NCBI RefSeq assembly: GCF_000002075.1 | Contig: NW_004797691.1 | Span: 546,279 to 610,278, forward strand | DNA from: Aplysia californica | Lineage: Eukaryota | Length of the DNA: 64,000 nt | Reading direction: 5' to 3' | Shown: positions 62,321 through 64,000 of the stretch, one piece after another | How positions within the stretch are numbered: the first letter of the stretch is position 1 | Layout: every line of letters starts with the position of its first letter | Notes under the pieces: generated by a model | Seen by the model: the letters and a program-made list of their open reading frames with translations, nothing else | The model's database searches: none | Told to the model about the DNA's origin: nothing | Made by a program: the position numbers and the translations under genes

Positions 62321-62569
62321 TGAGAATAGAGGTGGCCTTCAAATAGCATGTGAGCTATTCAGAATCTATCGCAGCGTTTCAAATAGCACCGGAGCTATTC
62401 AGTTCAGGGTCAGACAGACCGCGGCGTTGCGCCAACTAGGCGCCTGCCTCGAGCCTCACTTTTACTACTGGAATCAAGATTTGTCCGTACTAATCCTGAC
62501 CTCAATTCTCAATCTTCTTACCAAACAAAATTGCCACTCGCAACCCAAAGACTTCAAAGAGTGCTAGAG

Positions 62570-63915
62570 AAATCTAGATTCTAGATCCCAAACTATATTC
62601 ACGAGGTATCTCTAGATATCTAATCTAGATCTAGATCTAGATCTATTCTAGATCCTAGGAATAAAATTAATTTTAATTAGCCTAATTATAACACTAGATA
62701 TAGATAGATCTAGATCTAGATTCTATTTGTTACCACTTTGTTGACATCTGATCTACGGACGGGCTTTTTTCATTCAAAAATATCAGTCTCTCAAATAGCA
62801 GTTTAGCAGTACAATACTACAACAACTTTTCAGGAAATGGCGCCGTGCCGTGACCGTTGATCTAGATTCTAGATCTAGGTCTACTGCTGCTGCTGCCCTG
62901 CCCACCCCACTCTTCAATTGTTTCTGCTCTACCGTGCGATTATATCAATCCTTTCTTGAAGACGGGCGAGCGAGTCCAAAGTACTCGACTATCATGTATA
63001 AAAAGAAAGAATGTTATGTTGGGATCGATTATGTTTTATCGTAAGTGTTTGGATGTTGAACTATTTTTACCGATTTCGATCTCATTGTATTATTGTGATG
63101 ATATTATTATGGTTGACTGTACAAAGGTGTAAACTAGCCTAGATCTATGGTCTAGATCTTGATCTAGAATCTAGATATCTAGTCTATATATCTAGATTCT
63201 AACAAAATCTAAGTTATCAAGTTATTTTCAGTCCAATTTGAGGAGCAATAAATTGTAAGTAGATCTAGATCTAGATCTAATATCTAGATCTAGATTTAGA
63301 TGTTGGTTTGTTTGTTTTGTACTTTTTGAGATGATCAACTTTGCTTGGTAACTCCCCCTTTGCGATCATGTGACTTCGTTGTTTTGTTTCCATTCTCTCG
63401 TCTTGGACTGCCGAATGTTATCATCTGTTTGTGATAGGCCTAGGCCTACACACTGGCTGTGATGTTTGTTATCGCGGCTGTGTAGTAGATCTATGTGAAA
63501 CGACAACGAATTTTTGTTTTGAAAGGTGATTAGAGAATAAATCTAGGATCTGCCCGAGACTCCTTGCCTTAGCCTTCCAGATATGTAGAATCTAGATCTA
63601 GAATCTAGATCTAGAATCTAGATCTATATCTAGAATCTAGATCTAGATAATCTAGAATCTAGATCTAGACAGTCTAGAGTCTAGGCATAGATCTGAAGAC
63701 TGAGTTGTGCTTGCTAACTGTTGTTCTTTTCGCTGCTTCTGTTCAGATAATAATAGACATGACATCGAACTCATCATGGATTCATGGGTATGCATGAATA
63801 GTAAACTAGATCTAGAATCTAGATCCATGCCTACCTAGATTCTACTTTACATACATATGATAAATAAAGTCAGTAGAAACTGATGATAGAGGCATAGATC
63901 TATAGATCTAGATCT
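62570..63915. repeat. Clustered palindromic (TAGATC/TAGAATC)n simple repeats; also at 2905-2938
   Basis: Multiple TCTAGATCTAGA runs are directly visible. Confidence 0.85.
62830..63040 (+). promoter_or_regulatory. Putative 5' end and first exon of a downstream gene (possible ATG 62994, MYKKKECYVGIDYVL-S)
   Basis: CpG-richer patch, GGAAATGGCG (YY1/ETS-like motif) at ~62833, consensus donor gtaagt at 63041; product not recognisable. Confidence 0.35.
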
Positions 63916-64000
63916 ATATTAGATACCAAGACTACCTACTACAATAGAGTGTAGAAACTGATGATAGAGACATCGAAGTGGCTAGCTAGTCTAGCCGTTT

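Overview
AT-rich, intron-rich animal genomic DNA, probably a gastropod mollusc (inferred from the repeat landscape and (TAGATC)n runs), with four assembly gaps. I reconstructed two complete, convergent spliced genes by hand; all introns are GT-AG and reading phases match. (1) A 10-coding-exon, 614-aa GH3-domain (GHDC-like) acyl-acid amido synthetase gene on + (CDS 5892-17294), with uORF-bearing 5' exons and a 17-bp minisatellite that begins in its own last codons. (2) A 5-coding-exon, 359-aa torsin AAA+ ATPase gene on - (CDS 45396-35739) ending in the KDEL-like tetrapeptide KDEM. The rest is dense with mobile DNA: a full-length decayed mariner; a near-intact single-ORF APE-RT-RNase H (Ingi/I-group) LINE with a structured 5' leader nested in an older RTE LINE; other RTE fragments; a full-length tRNA-derived SINE; and many MITEs with readable TSDs (MULE 9 bp, hAT 8 bp, piggyBac TTAA, Tc1/pogo TA). 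A possible promoter and first exon of a third gene lies near 62.8-63.0 kb. There are no prokaryotic systems or CRISPR arrays.
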